Assembly: GCA_035712505.1 (NCBI GenBank)
Contig: DASTAR010000024.1
Location: forward strand, 1 to 53,239
DNA from: Solirubrobacterales bacterium
GTDB taxonomy: Bacteria > Actinomycetota > Thermoleophilia > Solirubrobacterales > 70-9
Direction: 5' to 3'
DNA: 53,239 nucleotides
The translations under genes and the position numbers were made by a program. This document shows positions 43,733-51,684 of the stretch, piece by piece. Each line of letters opens with the position of its first letter. Positions within the stretch are counted from its first letter, which is position 1. A model generated the notes under the pieces. That model saw nothing but the letters and a program-made list of their open reading frames with translations. It was not told the origin of the DNA and did no database searches.

Positions 43733-43769
43733 ATGGTTCCTTTCGTTCGCTCTGCGGCCATAAGGAACA
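43733..43769. repeat. Degenerate Family A-like hairpin, copy A4
   Basis: tggttccttt (43734-43743) and aaggaac (43762-43768) recall the A arms. Outer ccgcc/ggcgg pairing. Lies between the fetA-like stop and the fetB-like GTG (43776). Confidence 0.5.
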
Positions 43770-43775
43770 GGCGGC

Positions 43776-44567
43776 GTGAACACCTCGATCCACATCGCCC
43801 TCTGGCAGGTCGCCGCTTCGCTGGCGCTCGTCGCCCTCGCGGCGGCGATCTCCTTCTGGCAGAAGGCCGACCTCGAGCGCGACATCGGCGTCGCCACCGC
43901 CCGCTCGATCGTCCAGCTGACCCTGGTCGGCTACGCGATCAAGCTGATCTTCGAGGCCGACACGATCTGGCTGGTCCTGGTCCTGCTGGCGGTGATGGTC
44001 CTCTTCGGCGCGATCACCGCCCGCAGCCGCGCCAGGAAGGTCCCGGAATCCTTCCAGCCGCTGCTGATCGCCCTCGCCCTCGCCGGCGGCACCACCCTCG
44101 GCCTCGTCGTCGTCCTCGGCATCTTCGAACCGACTCCGCGCTACCTGGTGCCGGTCGGCGGCATGGTGATCGGCAACGCGATGACCGCCTCCGCCGTCGC
44201 CCTCAACCGCCTCGGCGACGAGATGGGCGACGCCCGGGCCCGCATCGAGGCCACCCTCGCGCTCGGCGCCACCGCCCGCGAAGCCGCCGCCCCGACCGTC
44301 CGCCGCTCCCTGCGCTCGGGGATGATCACCCTCGTCGACTCGACCAAGACCACCGGCCTGATCTTCTTCCCGGGCACGATGGTCGGGATGCTCCTCGCCG
44401 GCGCAAGCCCCACCGACGCCGTCCGCCTGCAGCTGATCCTCCTCTACACGCTCCTCGGAAGCGTCTCGATCTCGGCCCTCACCGCGACGGTCCTGGCGTA
44501 CCGAAACTTCTTCACCCCGGCCGCGCAGCTACGCGAACTGGAGGAGCCGGAGACCGCCGCTGCCTAG
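43776..44567 (+). CDS. ABC transporter permease, FetB/YbbM (UPF0014) family
   Basis: Polytopic membrane protein with LVPVGGMVIGNAMT and GMITLVDSTKTTGLIFFPGTMVGM motifs typical of UPF0014. Confidence 0.8.
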   Translation: MNTSIHIALWQVAASLALVALAAAISFWQKADLERDIGVATARSIVQLTLVGYAIKLIFEADTIWLVLVLLAVMVLFGAITARSRARKVPESFQPLLIALALAGGTTLGLVVVLGIFEPTPRYLVPVGGMVIGNAMTASAVALNRLGDEMGDARARIEATLALGATAREAAAPTVRRSLRSGMITLVDSTKTTGLIFFPGTMVGMLLAGASPTDAVRLQLILLYTLLGSVSISALTATVLAYRNFFTPAAQLRELEEPETAAA

Positions 44568-44576
44568 ACTCGTCCG

Positions 44577-46109
44577 GTGTCCCGCCGGCAACTGCTGACG
44601 CTGGTCGCGACGATCCTCGGTTCGACGGTCGTCTTCCTCGACAGCACCGTGGTCAACGTCGCCCTGCCGGCGATCAGCGAAGGGCTCGGCGCCGGCCTCT
44701 CCGGCCAGCAGTGGGTGGTCGAGGCCTACATGCTCACCTTGGTCTCGCTGCTGCTGGTCGGCGGCTCGCTCGGCGATCAGTTCGGGCGCAGGCGGATGTT
44801 CGTCATGGGGCTGGTCGGCTTCGGTGTCACCTCGGCGCTCTGTGCGATCGCGCCGACGACTGAGTTCCTGATCGCGGCGCGGGCGCTGCAGGGGATCGCC
44901 GGGGCGCTGCTGGTGCCGGGGTCGCTGGCGATCGTCGCCGCCACCTTCGAGGGCGAAGCGCGCGGCCAGGCGGTCGGCACCTGGACGGCCTGGACCGGGA
45001 TCGCGACGGTGATCGGGCCGGCCGGCGGCGGCGCCCTCGTCGGGCTCACGTCCTGGCGGGCGATCTTCTGGGTCAACCTGCCGCTGATCGCGGCGACGGT
45101 GGCGCTGACCATGCACTCGGTGCAGGAGAGCCGCGACCCCGACGCCTTCCACGGCGTCGACTGGGGCGGGATAGCCCTCTCGGCGGCCGGCCTCGCCGGC
45201 CCCGTCTTCGCCCTGGTCGAGCAGCCGAAGTACGGCTGGGGCGACCCGCTGGTCTGGGTGCCGCTCCTCGGCGGCATCGCCTGCTTCGCCCTCTTCGTCG
45301 CGCACGAGGCGCGGGCGCGCCACCCGATGATGGACCTCGGCCTCTTCCGCATCCGCAACTTCGCGATCGCCAACCTGACCACGCTCTCGGCCTACGCGGG
45401 GCTGATCGGCGGCCTCTTCTTCGTCGGCCTCTTCCTCCAGCAGGTGGCGGGCTACTCTCCGCTGGAGGCCGGACTGGCGACGACGCCGATCTCGGTGATC
45501 CTCTTCGTCCTCTCGCCCCGCTGGGGCAAGCTCGCCTCCGGCACCGGGCCGCGGCTGCCGATGACCGTGGGCCCGATCATCGGCGGCCTCGGCCTGCTCC
45601 TGATGCTGCGAATCGGCCCCGGCGCCGACTACGCCACCGACGTCCTGCCCGCGGTCCTCGTCTTCGGCCTCGGCCTCTCGGCGACGGTGGCCCCCCTGAC
45701 CGCCACCGTGCTCGACTCCGTCCCCGAGCACCGGGTGGGCATCGCCTCGGGAATCAACAACGGCGTCTCCCGAGTAGCGGGCCTGCTCGCGATCGCCATC
45801 CTGGGAGCCGTGATCAGCGCCCGCTTCGCCGCGGTAGCCGGACCCGGCGTCTCCGGCGGCCCCCTGATGGCGAACGCCCCCGCCGCCTCAACCTCGGCCT
45901 TCCACCTAGGTGTAGCCATAGCCGGCGTCCTGATGGTCCTCGGCGGCATCGCTTCCGGCTTCGGCATCGAAAACCCAAGGCGAAGCACCAAAGCCGTCCC
46001 GGCAGGAGGCAACGCAGCGGCAGGCGAGTGCGGCCACAGCAGCGACTGCGACTCTTCGCGCGACCAGCAAGAAAAGGCAGGGGTAGCTGCCGACCCCGCT
46101 AAAGCTTGA
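44577..46109 (+). CDS. MFS transporter, DHA2 (EmrB/QacA-like, 14-TM) family
   Basis: STVVNVALPAI, and GGSLGDQFGRRRMF (motif A-like). 510 aa with about 14 hydrophobic segments. Confidence 0.85.
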   Translation: MSRRQLLTLVATILGSTVVFLDSTVVNVALPAISEGLGAGLSGQQWVVEAYMLTLVSLLLVGGSLGDQFGRRRMFVMGLVGFGVTSALCAIAPTTEFLIAARALQGIAGALLVPGSLAIVAATFEGEARGQAVGTWTAWTGIATVIGPAGGGALVGLTSWRAIFWVNLPLIAATVALTMHSVQESRDPDAFHGVDWGGIALSAAGLAGPVFALVEQPKYGWGDPLVWVPLLGGIACFALFVAHEARARHPMMDLGLFRIRNFAIANLTTLSAYAGLIGGLFFVGLFLQQVAGYSPLEAGLATTPISVILFVLSPRWGKLASGTGPRLPMTVGPIIGGLGLLLMLRIGPGADYATDVLPAVLVFGLGLSATVAPLTATVLDSVPEHRVGIASGINNGVSRVAGLLAIAILGAVISARFAAVAGPGVSGGPLMANAPAASTSAFHLGVAIAGVLMVLGGIASGFGIENPRRSTKAVPAGGNAAAGECGHSSDCDSSRDQQEKAGVAADPAKA

Positions 46110-46131
46110 GGGGCAGCCGCTGCGGCTCGTC

Positions 46132-46267
46132 GGGCCGGGATGGGTGTCACTCGATGCGGCCCCTCGGCCGGGATGGGTGCCCACCAAAGCGCTCGATAGC
46201 CGGGACCGGTGACCCCTCGAGCCGGCGGATACTCAAAACGGCGACCTAATTGAGGGGTTGGCGAAAC
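46132..46267. repeat. Left inverted repeat of the cassette
   Basis: Three blocks: gggccgggatgggtgtcactcga (46132-46154), a 22-nt core agccgggaccggtgacccctcg (46198-46219), and cctaattgaggggttggcgaaac (46245-46267). A second gggatgggtg copy lies at 46166-46184. Confidence 0.85.
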
Positions 46268-46387
46268 GATTGGCGAAAGTCTTGATCTGCATCGGTAGTC
46301 CCTCCTAGGTTCGCCCGGTCCTAATCAACAAGTGGCCGGGCGACTGCGCAAACAGCCCCCGGCCGTGGCACAGGAGGGTGAACTCCC

Positions 46388-46657
46388 ATGCACCACAAGG
46401 CTACGTTAGGCCCGGCTGAAGAAGACCACGTATACGAGCAGGCGGTCCTGACCCACGTCCTCTTTTCGCAGCCGACCATCCTCCGGCTCTGCGATCTCAA
46501 GCGCGAAGTCAGGCCGGGAATAGGCAACTCAGACCCCGCAGACGCCGTTGAAAGGGCGGTGCGGGAACTCGTCAAGGTCAACCTGCTCCACCGCCACGGC
46601 GATTGCGTCCTGCCGACCTCTACGGCGGTCTACGTCTCGGAGATGGACCTCGGATGA
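46388..46657 (+). CDS. Hypothetical 89-aa protein, translationally coupled to the XRE gene
   Basis: aggagggtg precedes ATG 46388. Its stop overlaps the next start (ATGA at 46654-46657). No family recognised. Confidence 0.45.
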   Translation: MHHKATLGPAEEDHVYEQAVLTHVLFSQPTILRLCDLKREVRPGIGNSDPADAVERAVRELVKVNLLHRHGDCVLPTSTAVYVSEMDLG

Positions 46658-46875
46658 GTCCCGAGCGGATCAAAGCGCAGTTCGGCCGCAACCTTGCCGA
46701 GGCGCGCGGTTGGGCGGGACTGACCCAGGCCGAGCTTGCCGAGCAGACCTCGGTCAGGCGGATCGAGATCGGGCGTTACGAGACCGGGATGCGTTGCCCG
46801 CCTCTGGATCGGGTCGTCAGGCTCGCAGAGGTCTTGGGCTTGCAGGTCCGCGACCTGCTGTTTGAAATCGAGTAG
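46654..46875 (+). CDS. XRE-family helix-turn-helix regulator (73 aa)
   Basis: GRNLAEARGWAGLTQAELAEQTSVRRIEIGRYETGMRCPPLDRVVRLAEVLG is a canonical Cro/C1 HTH. Confidence 0.8.
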   Translation: MSPERIKAQFGRNLAEARGWAGLTQAELAEQTSVRRIEIGRYETGMRCPPLDRVVRLAEVLGLQVRDLLFEIE

Positions 46876-47983
46876 AGCGGGCGCGCGAAAGCGCGCAGGC
46901 CAGCTTGGTCAACACCGTCAGGTCGGTGTGGAGTCGGACGCGCTCAAGGCCACGGACTCGCAGGGGCTTCAACCCCCATTCGTGCTTGAGCCGTCCGAAC
47001 TCCCGCTCGACCGCCACCCGCTTGCGGTAGGCGCTGTTCCAGCGCTTCGACTTGTAGGGGATCAGCGGGTGCAGGCGGTCGGCCTTGATCCAGGTCGAGG
47101 CCGGTTTGCACTTCCCCTTCGGGCAACGCCACTTCGAGGCGCCGCGCTTTCGGTCTGACCCGGCGAACTTCCAAGTGCCGTGCTCGCACTCCGGCGGCAG
47201 GTGGTCGCCGCGCTTGACGCCGGTCGTCTGTTTGAGGGGAATGATCGGCAGGCAGTCGCGCTCGGCGCATTCCTCATGAATCGGACCGGAGTCATAGCCC
47301 TTGTCCATCGCTGCCGTGTCAGCCATGCACCCGCGCCGCCTGGCTTCGTCGATCAGCATCGCGGCGAACCGGCCTTCGTTCTCCCTCGCGCCTTCGACCC
47401 TCCACGCAACCGGAAGACCCGTCGCCACGCAGGCGGCAAGGTGCAGGCGGTAGCCGTAGAACGAACCGCCCTTGCGGGTGGAGATAGCCGAGCGGCGCCC
47501 CCAGCTTGCGTCGGGGTCGGAGAAGCGCCGTGGCACCTTGACCTCGCCGATGTCGCGCTGGCCGTTCGCGTAGGCCGGCATGTCGCTCGCGTCGATGGCG
47601 AGGTCCGTGCCGTAGGTCGGCAGCTGCGCCTTCAGCCCTTCGACCACGGAGTCGATGCAGCGCTCGACTTTCTCGCCGTTGTCGCGCAGCTTGTCGGCGA
47701 AGCGGTACGCGGCCCACTTGCTCGGCGGTTCGCCCTCGCAGCCAAGGACGCGCTGCAAGCGCCAGTGGTCGGCGACCAGGGCGACCACCCGCGTCCACGT
47801 CGGCAGGGCGTAGAGGGACTTCGCCAGCGCCAGCCCGATCATCGTCCGGATCGGGTAGCCGGGACGCCCCGTCCAGCGGGTAGCTTCAAGCTCCCCGATC
47901 AGGCGCCCAATCTCGGGCGAATCGAGGAGTTGTTCAAGCGCGGCAGTGGATGCCGTGCCCCCTGCTAAGTTCGGCGGTGCCAA
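46817..47983 (-). CDS. IS5/IS4-superfamily DDE transposase (DUF772 N-domain + DDE_Tnp_1), possibly 3'-truncated IS
   Basis: N-terminus GRPGYPIRTMIGLALAKSLYALPTWTRVV (DUF772-like). C-terminal Y-x2-R-x3-E-x6-K signature (YRKRVAVEREFGRLK). The ORF tail reads 59 nt into the XRE gene. No clear terminal IRs found. Confidence 0.8.
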   Translation of the reverse strand: MAPPNLAGGTASTAALEQLLDSPEIGRLIGELEATRWTGRPGYPIRTMIGLALAKSLYALPTWTRVVALVADHWRLQRVLGCEGEPPSKWAAYRFADKLRDNGEKVERCIDSVVEGLKAQLPTYGTDLAIDASDMPAYANGQRDIGEVKVPRRFSDPDASWGRRSAISTRKGGSFYGYRLHLAACVATGLPVAWRVEGARENEGRFAAMLIDEARRRGCMADTAAMDKGYDSGPIHEECAERDCLPIIPLKQTTGVKRGDHLPPECEHGTWKFAGSDRKRGASKWRCPKGKCKPASTWIKADRLHPLIPYKSKRWNSAYRKRVAVEREFGRLKHEWGLKPLRVRGLERVRLHTDLTVLTKLACALSRARSTRFQTAGRGPASPRPLRA

Positions 47984-48114
47984 TCGAGCTATACCTCGTT
48001 TGGTCTGCCCCTCGGACGCGCCAACGTCGCGGGGGGCTTCTTCTTGAGTCTTGCCCGCTCAGGCTATACGTCGGATCGGACGGAACACCGCTCTGGAATG
48101 CGGAAAAACTGGGA

Positions 48115-48381
48115 TTAGGGGCGCTTCAAAATCTCATGGTTGCAGTGATTGCGAAGCACGATGATGCCGTCCTCCCAATGCCACGTAACCCGGTTCTTCA
48201 TGTCCACGTAAGCCTCAAAGACCTTTGGTTTCTTCGTTCCGCGCACGACGTGCGTCTGAAGCGACGGGTGCCGAGGGTTTTCGCCGAGGCGCTGAACAGT
48301 CTCAGCGATTGCTGCCTGAAGGTCAGGTTCCTTCTTCTGGAAACGCTTCTTGAACGAAGCGCCATACCGAAGGGGAGGCAT
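48115..48381 (-). CDS. RelE/ParE-superfamily toxin
   Basis: 88 aa. FKKRFQKK...KVFEAYVDMKNRVTWHWEDGIIVLRNHCNH fits the RelE/ParE/YafQ-type fold pattern. Starts immediately after the stop of the upstream small gene. Confidence 0.65.
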   Translation of the reverse strand: MPPLRYGASFKKRFQKKEPDLQAAIAETVQRLGENPRHPSLQTHVVRGTKKPKVFEAYVDMKNRVTWHWEDGIIVLRNHCNHEILKRP

Positions 48382-48645
48382 TCAGTCGCTGAACAGGTCC
48401 CGAACCGCGTCTGCCGGATCGTTAAAGGTCCGGGCGTGTCCGGCCTTCAAATCGGCTAGGGACGCCGCCTCATCACGCTGCCACTGGCTCGACCAGTAGT
48501 AGACCTGATCAGCGGGGATGAAGAGGGGAACGTGCCGGTTGGCCATCGCCTTATTGGTCGCCATATGCGACCCGCCCAGCAGACGGTTGCGAGAGCTACG
48601 CCCCGACAGAATCGCTTCTTGGCTGGTGGCTACCTTGGTCGTCAC
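48382..48645 (-). CDS. Putative antitoxin
   Basis: Assigned by position directly upstream of and abutting the toxin gene, and by a C-terminal motif (YYWSSQWQRDEAASLADLKAGHARTF) resembling tails of AbrB/MazE-type antitoxins. The start may be the internal ATG (MATNKAM). Confidence 0.45.
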   Translation of the reverse strand: MTTKVATSQEAILSGRSSRNRLLGGSHMATNKAMANRHVPLFIPADQVYYWSSQWQRDEAASLADLKAGHARTFNDPADAVRDLFSD

Positions 48646-48651
48646 AGTTTC

Positions 48652-48942
48652 TCAGTCCTCATCGGTATCGCCACGGATAGTTTCGAGCACCCGGATGAGA
48701 TCGTCAAGACCCTGGGGCGAGAGCGCGATACGGGCGATTGGTTTTACAGGGATGTAGCCGCGCGTCTTAAGTCGCTCAAAATCGTCCTCGGTTGAAATTT
48801 CCGGAGGTAGCTGGGAGCCAAGGTTGACGAAGTATGCGTTCGGGCCAGCAATAGCGACGAACGCATTCGCGAACTGCACGGGCAACTCGTCAGCGCCGAT
48901 CCAGGCCTGATCCAGTTCGATCTCTTCAGGAGCTTTGGGCAT
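48652..48942 (-). CDS. DUF3467-like small protein
   Basis: FANAFVAIAGPNAYFVNLGSQLPP...KPIARIALSPQGLDDLIRVLETI follows the DUF3467 pattern as I recall it. First gene of the three-gene minus-strand operon. Confidence 0.4.
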   Translation of the reverse strand: MPKAPEEIELDQAWIGADELPVQFANAFVAIAGPNAYFVNLGSQLPPEISTEDDFERLKTRGYIPVKPIARIALSPQGLDDLIRVLETIRGDTDED

Positions 48943-49142
48943 TGCAGTGTCTACTCGGCAGGAAAGGACTCAGGCGTTAGGCCCAGAGCCAGTCAGGCAG
49001 GATACGAAAGTCCAGGCGCCGGCGCTGCGAAAAGTTTTGAGCGGGATCAGTTGTGCTCGCATCTTGGGGTAGCTTTCGCCCTAAGGCGAGGTATCTGGAA
49101 TTCAGCTAGCGCCGCAACCCCGCATGGCTACTGGGCCTGCGA

Positions 49143-49240
49143 GTTTCGCCAATCCCTCAATTAGGCCGTCGTTTGTCGGAGCGAGGGGTCACCGGTCCCG
49201 GCTTCCACCCCCCGAGTGAGGGGACGCCCATCCCGGCCCC
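49143..49240. repeat. Right inverted repeat of the cassette
   Basis: gtttcgccaatccctcaattagg (49143-49165; 22/23 complementary to 46245-46267). cgaggggtcaccggtcccggct (49182-49203; exact complement of 46198-46219). cccgagtgaggggacgcccatcccggcccc (49211-49240). Confidence 0.85.
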
Positions 49241-49263
49241 CTCACCACTAGGCTCCGTCCCTC

Positions 49264-50268
49264 ATGTCCAAGCCGATCATCTTCAGCGGCATCCAGCCGA
49301 CCGGCCGCAAGCACCTGGGCAACTACATAGGCGCAATCCGCCAGTACGTCGAGGGCCAGGAGCGGGGCGAGCCGGCGATCTTCTGCATCGTCGACCTGCA
49401 CGCGATCTCTGTCCCCTACGACCCGGTCGAACTGCGCGAGCGCGTCTACGACACCGCCGCGATCCTGCTCGCCGCCGGGCTCGACCCCGAGCGCTGCATC
49501 CTCTTCCGCCAGTCCGACGTCGCCGAGCACGCCGAGCTGACTTGGCTGCTCTCCTCGGTCACCTCGCACGGCGACCTCAACCGCATGCACCAGTTCAAGG
49601 AAAAGGTCGGCAAGGACCGCGAGCTCGCCTCCGCGGCGCTCTTCTACTACCCGGTGCTGATGGCCGCCGACGTCCTCGCCTACCGCGCCACCGAGGTGCC
49701 GGTCGGCGACGACCAGCGCCAGCACGTCGAGCTGATGCGGGAGATCGCCCGCCGCTTCAACGCGCGCTTCGGCGAGGCCCTGGTCGTCCCGGAGCTGGTC
49801 GTCCCGGAGGTCGGCGCCCGGATCATGGACCTGCAGGAGCCCGAGCGGAAGATGTCGACGACGGGCGGGACGCCGCAGGGGACCGTGCTGGTCCTCGACG
49901 AGCCGGACGCGATCCGCAAGAAGTTCCGCTCGGCGGTCACCGACTCAGGCCGGGAGATCACCCGCGCGACGAACAAGCCGGGGGTGACCAATCTGATCGA
50001 CATCTTCTCGGTCGCCTGCGAGCGGGACCAGGCGGAGGTCGAAAGGGAATTCGAGGGCTCCGGCTACGGCGACTTCAAGCAGGCGGTCGGCGACGCGGTC
50101 GTCGAGTACCTGGAACCGGTCCAGCAGCGCTACGCGCGGCTGCGCCCGGACGAGGCAGAGCTCGACCGCATCCTCGGCCTCGGCGCCGAGAAGGCACAGG
50201 CGATGGCGGCGCCGGTCGTCGCCGGCGTGCGCGAGCGCATGGGCTTCGGCTCCGCCCAAGAAGGCTGA
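49264..50268 (+). CDS. trpS: Tryptophan--tRNA ligase
   Basis: HIGH-type motif (GRKHLGNY), KMSKS-type motif (KMSTT), and FSGIQPTG N-terminus. Confidence 0.95.
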   Translation: MSKPIIFSGIQPTGRKHLGNYIGAIRQYVEGQERGEPAIFCIVDLHAISVPYDPVELRERVYDTAAILLAAGLDPERCILFRQSDVAEHAELTWLLSSVTSHGDLNRMHQFKEKVGKDRELASAALFYYPVLMAADVLAYRATEVPVGDDQRQHVELMREIARRFNARFGEALVVPELVVPEVGARIMDLQEPERKMSTTGGTPQGTVLVLDEPDAIRKKFRSAVTDSGREITRATNKPGVTNLIDIFSVACERDQAEVEREFEGSGYGDFKQAVGDAVVEYLEPVQQRYARLRPDEAELDRILGLGAEKAQAMAAPVVAGVRERMGFGSAQEG

Positions 50269-50352
50269 GCGAACGTACTTCTCCCCGCATACGGGGAACA
50301 ACTGCCTTCGGCTGGAAACGGGTTGTCCCGCTGCGCCTCTAGTCTGCCCTCT

Positions 50353-51108
50353 GTGGCCGTTGCCGACCTCGACCTCGATCTAGACCTCGACGTCTTCGCC
50401 GGGCCGTTCGACCTGCTGATGGCGGTCGTCCTACGCGAGGAGGTCAGCCTGCTCGACCTGCAGCTGGGCGAGGTCGTCGTCGCCTACGTCGAGCACCTCG
50501 AGCGCGAAGGCGAGCTGGAGCTGGAGGTGGCGACGGAGTTCCTCGTCCTCATCGCCGCCCTGCTGGAGCTGAAGTCGCGGCTGATGCTCCCCGGCCCCGA
50601 CGAAGAGCTGGAGGAGATGAAGCCCGAGGAGGCGCTGGAGGAGCTGCTGGCGCGGATGCTCGAGTACCGGCGCTACCGCGATGCCGCAGCCGAGCTCTCC
50701 GGGCGCTTCGAGGCCCAGCGCGGCTACCTCTACCGCTCGGCGCCGCTGCCGCCGGAGCTGCGACGGGTGGCGGTCGAGGCCGCGACCGCCGTCTACGACC
50801 CCGACCAGCTCGGCGCCGCCCTCGGCGACCTGCTGACCGAGCCGCCCGACCTCGACGTCAGCCACATCCGCCCGACGGTCTCGCTGGAACGGCGGCTGCG
50901 GGCGGTCCGCGACGCGTTGCTGCGGCGCCAGGACTTCGACTTCGACGAGGAGTTCGGCCAGGAGGACCGGCTGACCCAGGCCGTCACCGTCTTCGCGATG
51001 CTCGAGCTCTACCGCAAGGGAGAGGTGACCTGGGAGCAGGGCGAGTGCTTCGGGCCGATCCGGGTGAAGAAGGTCATGCCGACCGCGAACGTGTCGAAGA
51101 GCGGATGA
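50353..51108 (+). CDS. scpA: Segregation and condensation protein A
   Basis: FAGPFDLLMAVVLREEVSLLDLQLGEVV N-terminal motif. Followed by scpB with a 4-nt overlap. Start uncertain (GTG 50353 or upstream 50323). Confidence 0.85.
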   Translation: MAVADLDLDLDLDVFAGPFDLLMAVVLREEVSLLDLQLGEVVVAYVEHLEREGELELEVATEFLVLIAALLELKSRLMLPGPDEELEEMKPEEALEELLARMLEYRRYRDAAAELSGRFEAQRGYLYRSAPLPPELRRVAVEAATAVYDPDQLGAALGDLLTEPPDLDVSHIRPTVSLERRLRAVRDALLRRQDFDFDEEFGQEDRLTQAVTVFAMLELYRKGEVTWEQGECFGPIRVKKVMPTANVSKSG

Positions 51109-51674
51109 GCGACCTCTCCCGCACCGTCGAGGCGCTGCTCTTCCTCTCGCCGCAGCCGGTCGCCGTCAAGGACCTGGCCGAGGCGACGCAGGCGACCGAG
51201 GGGCAGGTCGAAGAGGCGATCGGGCTGCTGCGCGAGGACCTCGCCGAGGGTAAGCGGGGGGTGGTGCTGCGCGAGGTCTCCGGAGGCTTCGCCCTCGCCT
51301 CCGATCCCGCCAGCGAGGAGGCGGCGCGGCGCCTGCTGGCGAAGCCGCGGACCCCGCCGCTGACCCAGGCGCAGGCCGAGACGCTGGCGATCGTCGCCTA
51401 CCTGCAGCCGGTGACGCGGCCGGAGATCGCCCGCATCCGCGGCGTCACCTCCGAGTCGGCGGTCACCAGTCTCGCCGAGCGCGGCCTGATCGAGGAGGCG
51501 GGCCGCTCCCAGTTCGGCGCCGCGATCTTCAAGACCTCCGAGCTCTTCGAGCGACTCTTCGGCCTCTCCGGCCTCGACCAGCTGCCCGACCCCTCGAAGT
51601 TCGACCCCACCCCCGAGGACGAGCGGGACTTGAGAGAGCGACTCTTGAAGGCCGGCGAACAGCGAGCCGAGTGA
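51105..51674 (+). CDS. scpB: Segregation and condensation protein B
   Basis: [41 protein letters not shown]-type winged-helix repeats. Confidence 0.9.
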   Translation: [189 protein letters not shown]

Positions 51675-51684
51675 GCGGGGTGGG

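Larger units (their letters stand above)
46132..49240. mobile_element. IR-bounded ~3.1-kb lower-GC accessory cassette between the MFS gene and trpS
   Basis: Flanked by long imperfect inverted repeats (46132-46267 and 49143-49240). Interior is visibly less GC-rich. Carries a DDE transposase, an XRE regulator and a RelE-type toxin operon. Confidence 0.6.

Noticed and set aside
1581-43769. Repeated palindromes considered as a CRISPR array.
   Set aside because: The copies are tens of kb apart and not regularly spaced. They lie inside genes, and no cas genes are present.
49141-49263. T-box leader upstream of trpS.
   Set aside because: No T-box sequence (AAnnnGGGTGGTACCGCG-like) and no specifier-loop architecture. 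The region is instead explained as the right inverted repeat of the cassette.
50282-50297. Small hairpin tccccg-cata-cgggga after trpS, considered as a terminator.
   Set aside because: The stem is only 6 bp and has no U-run. Too weak to annotate as a feature.
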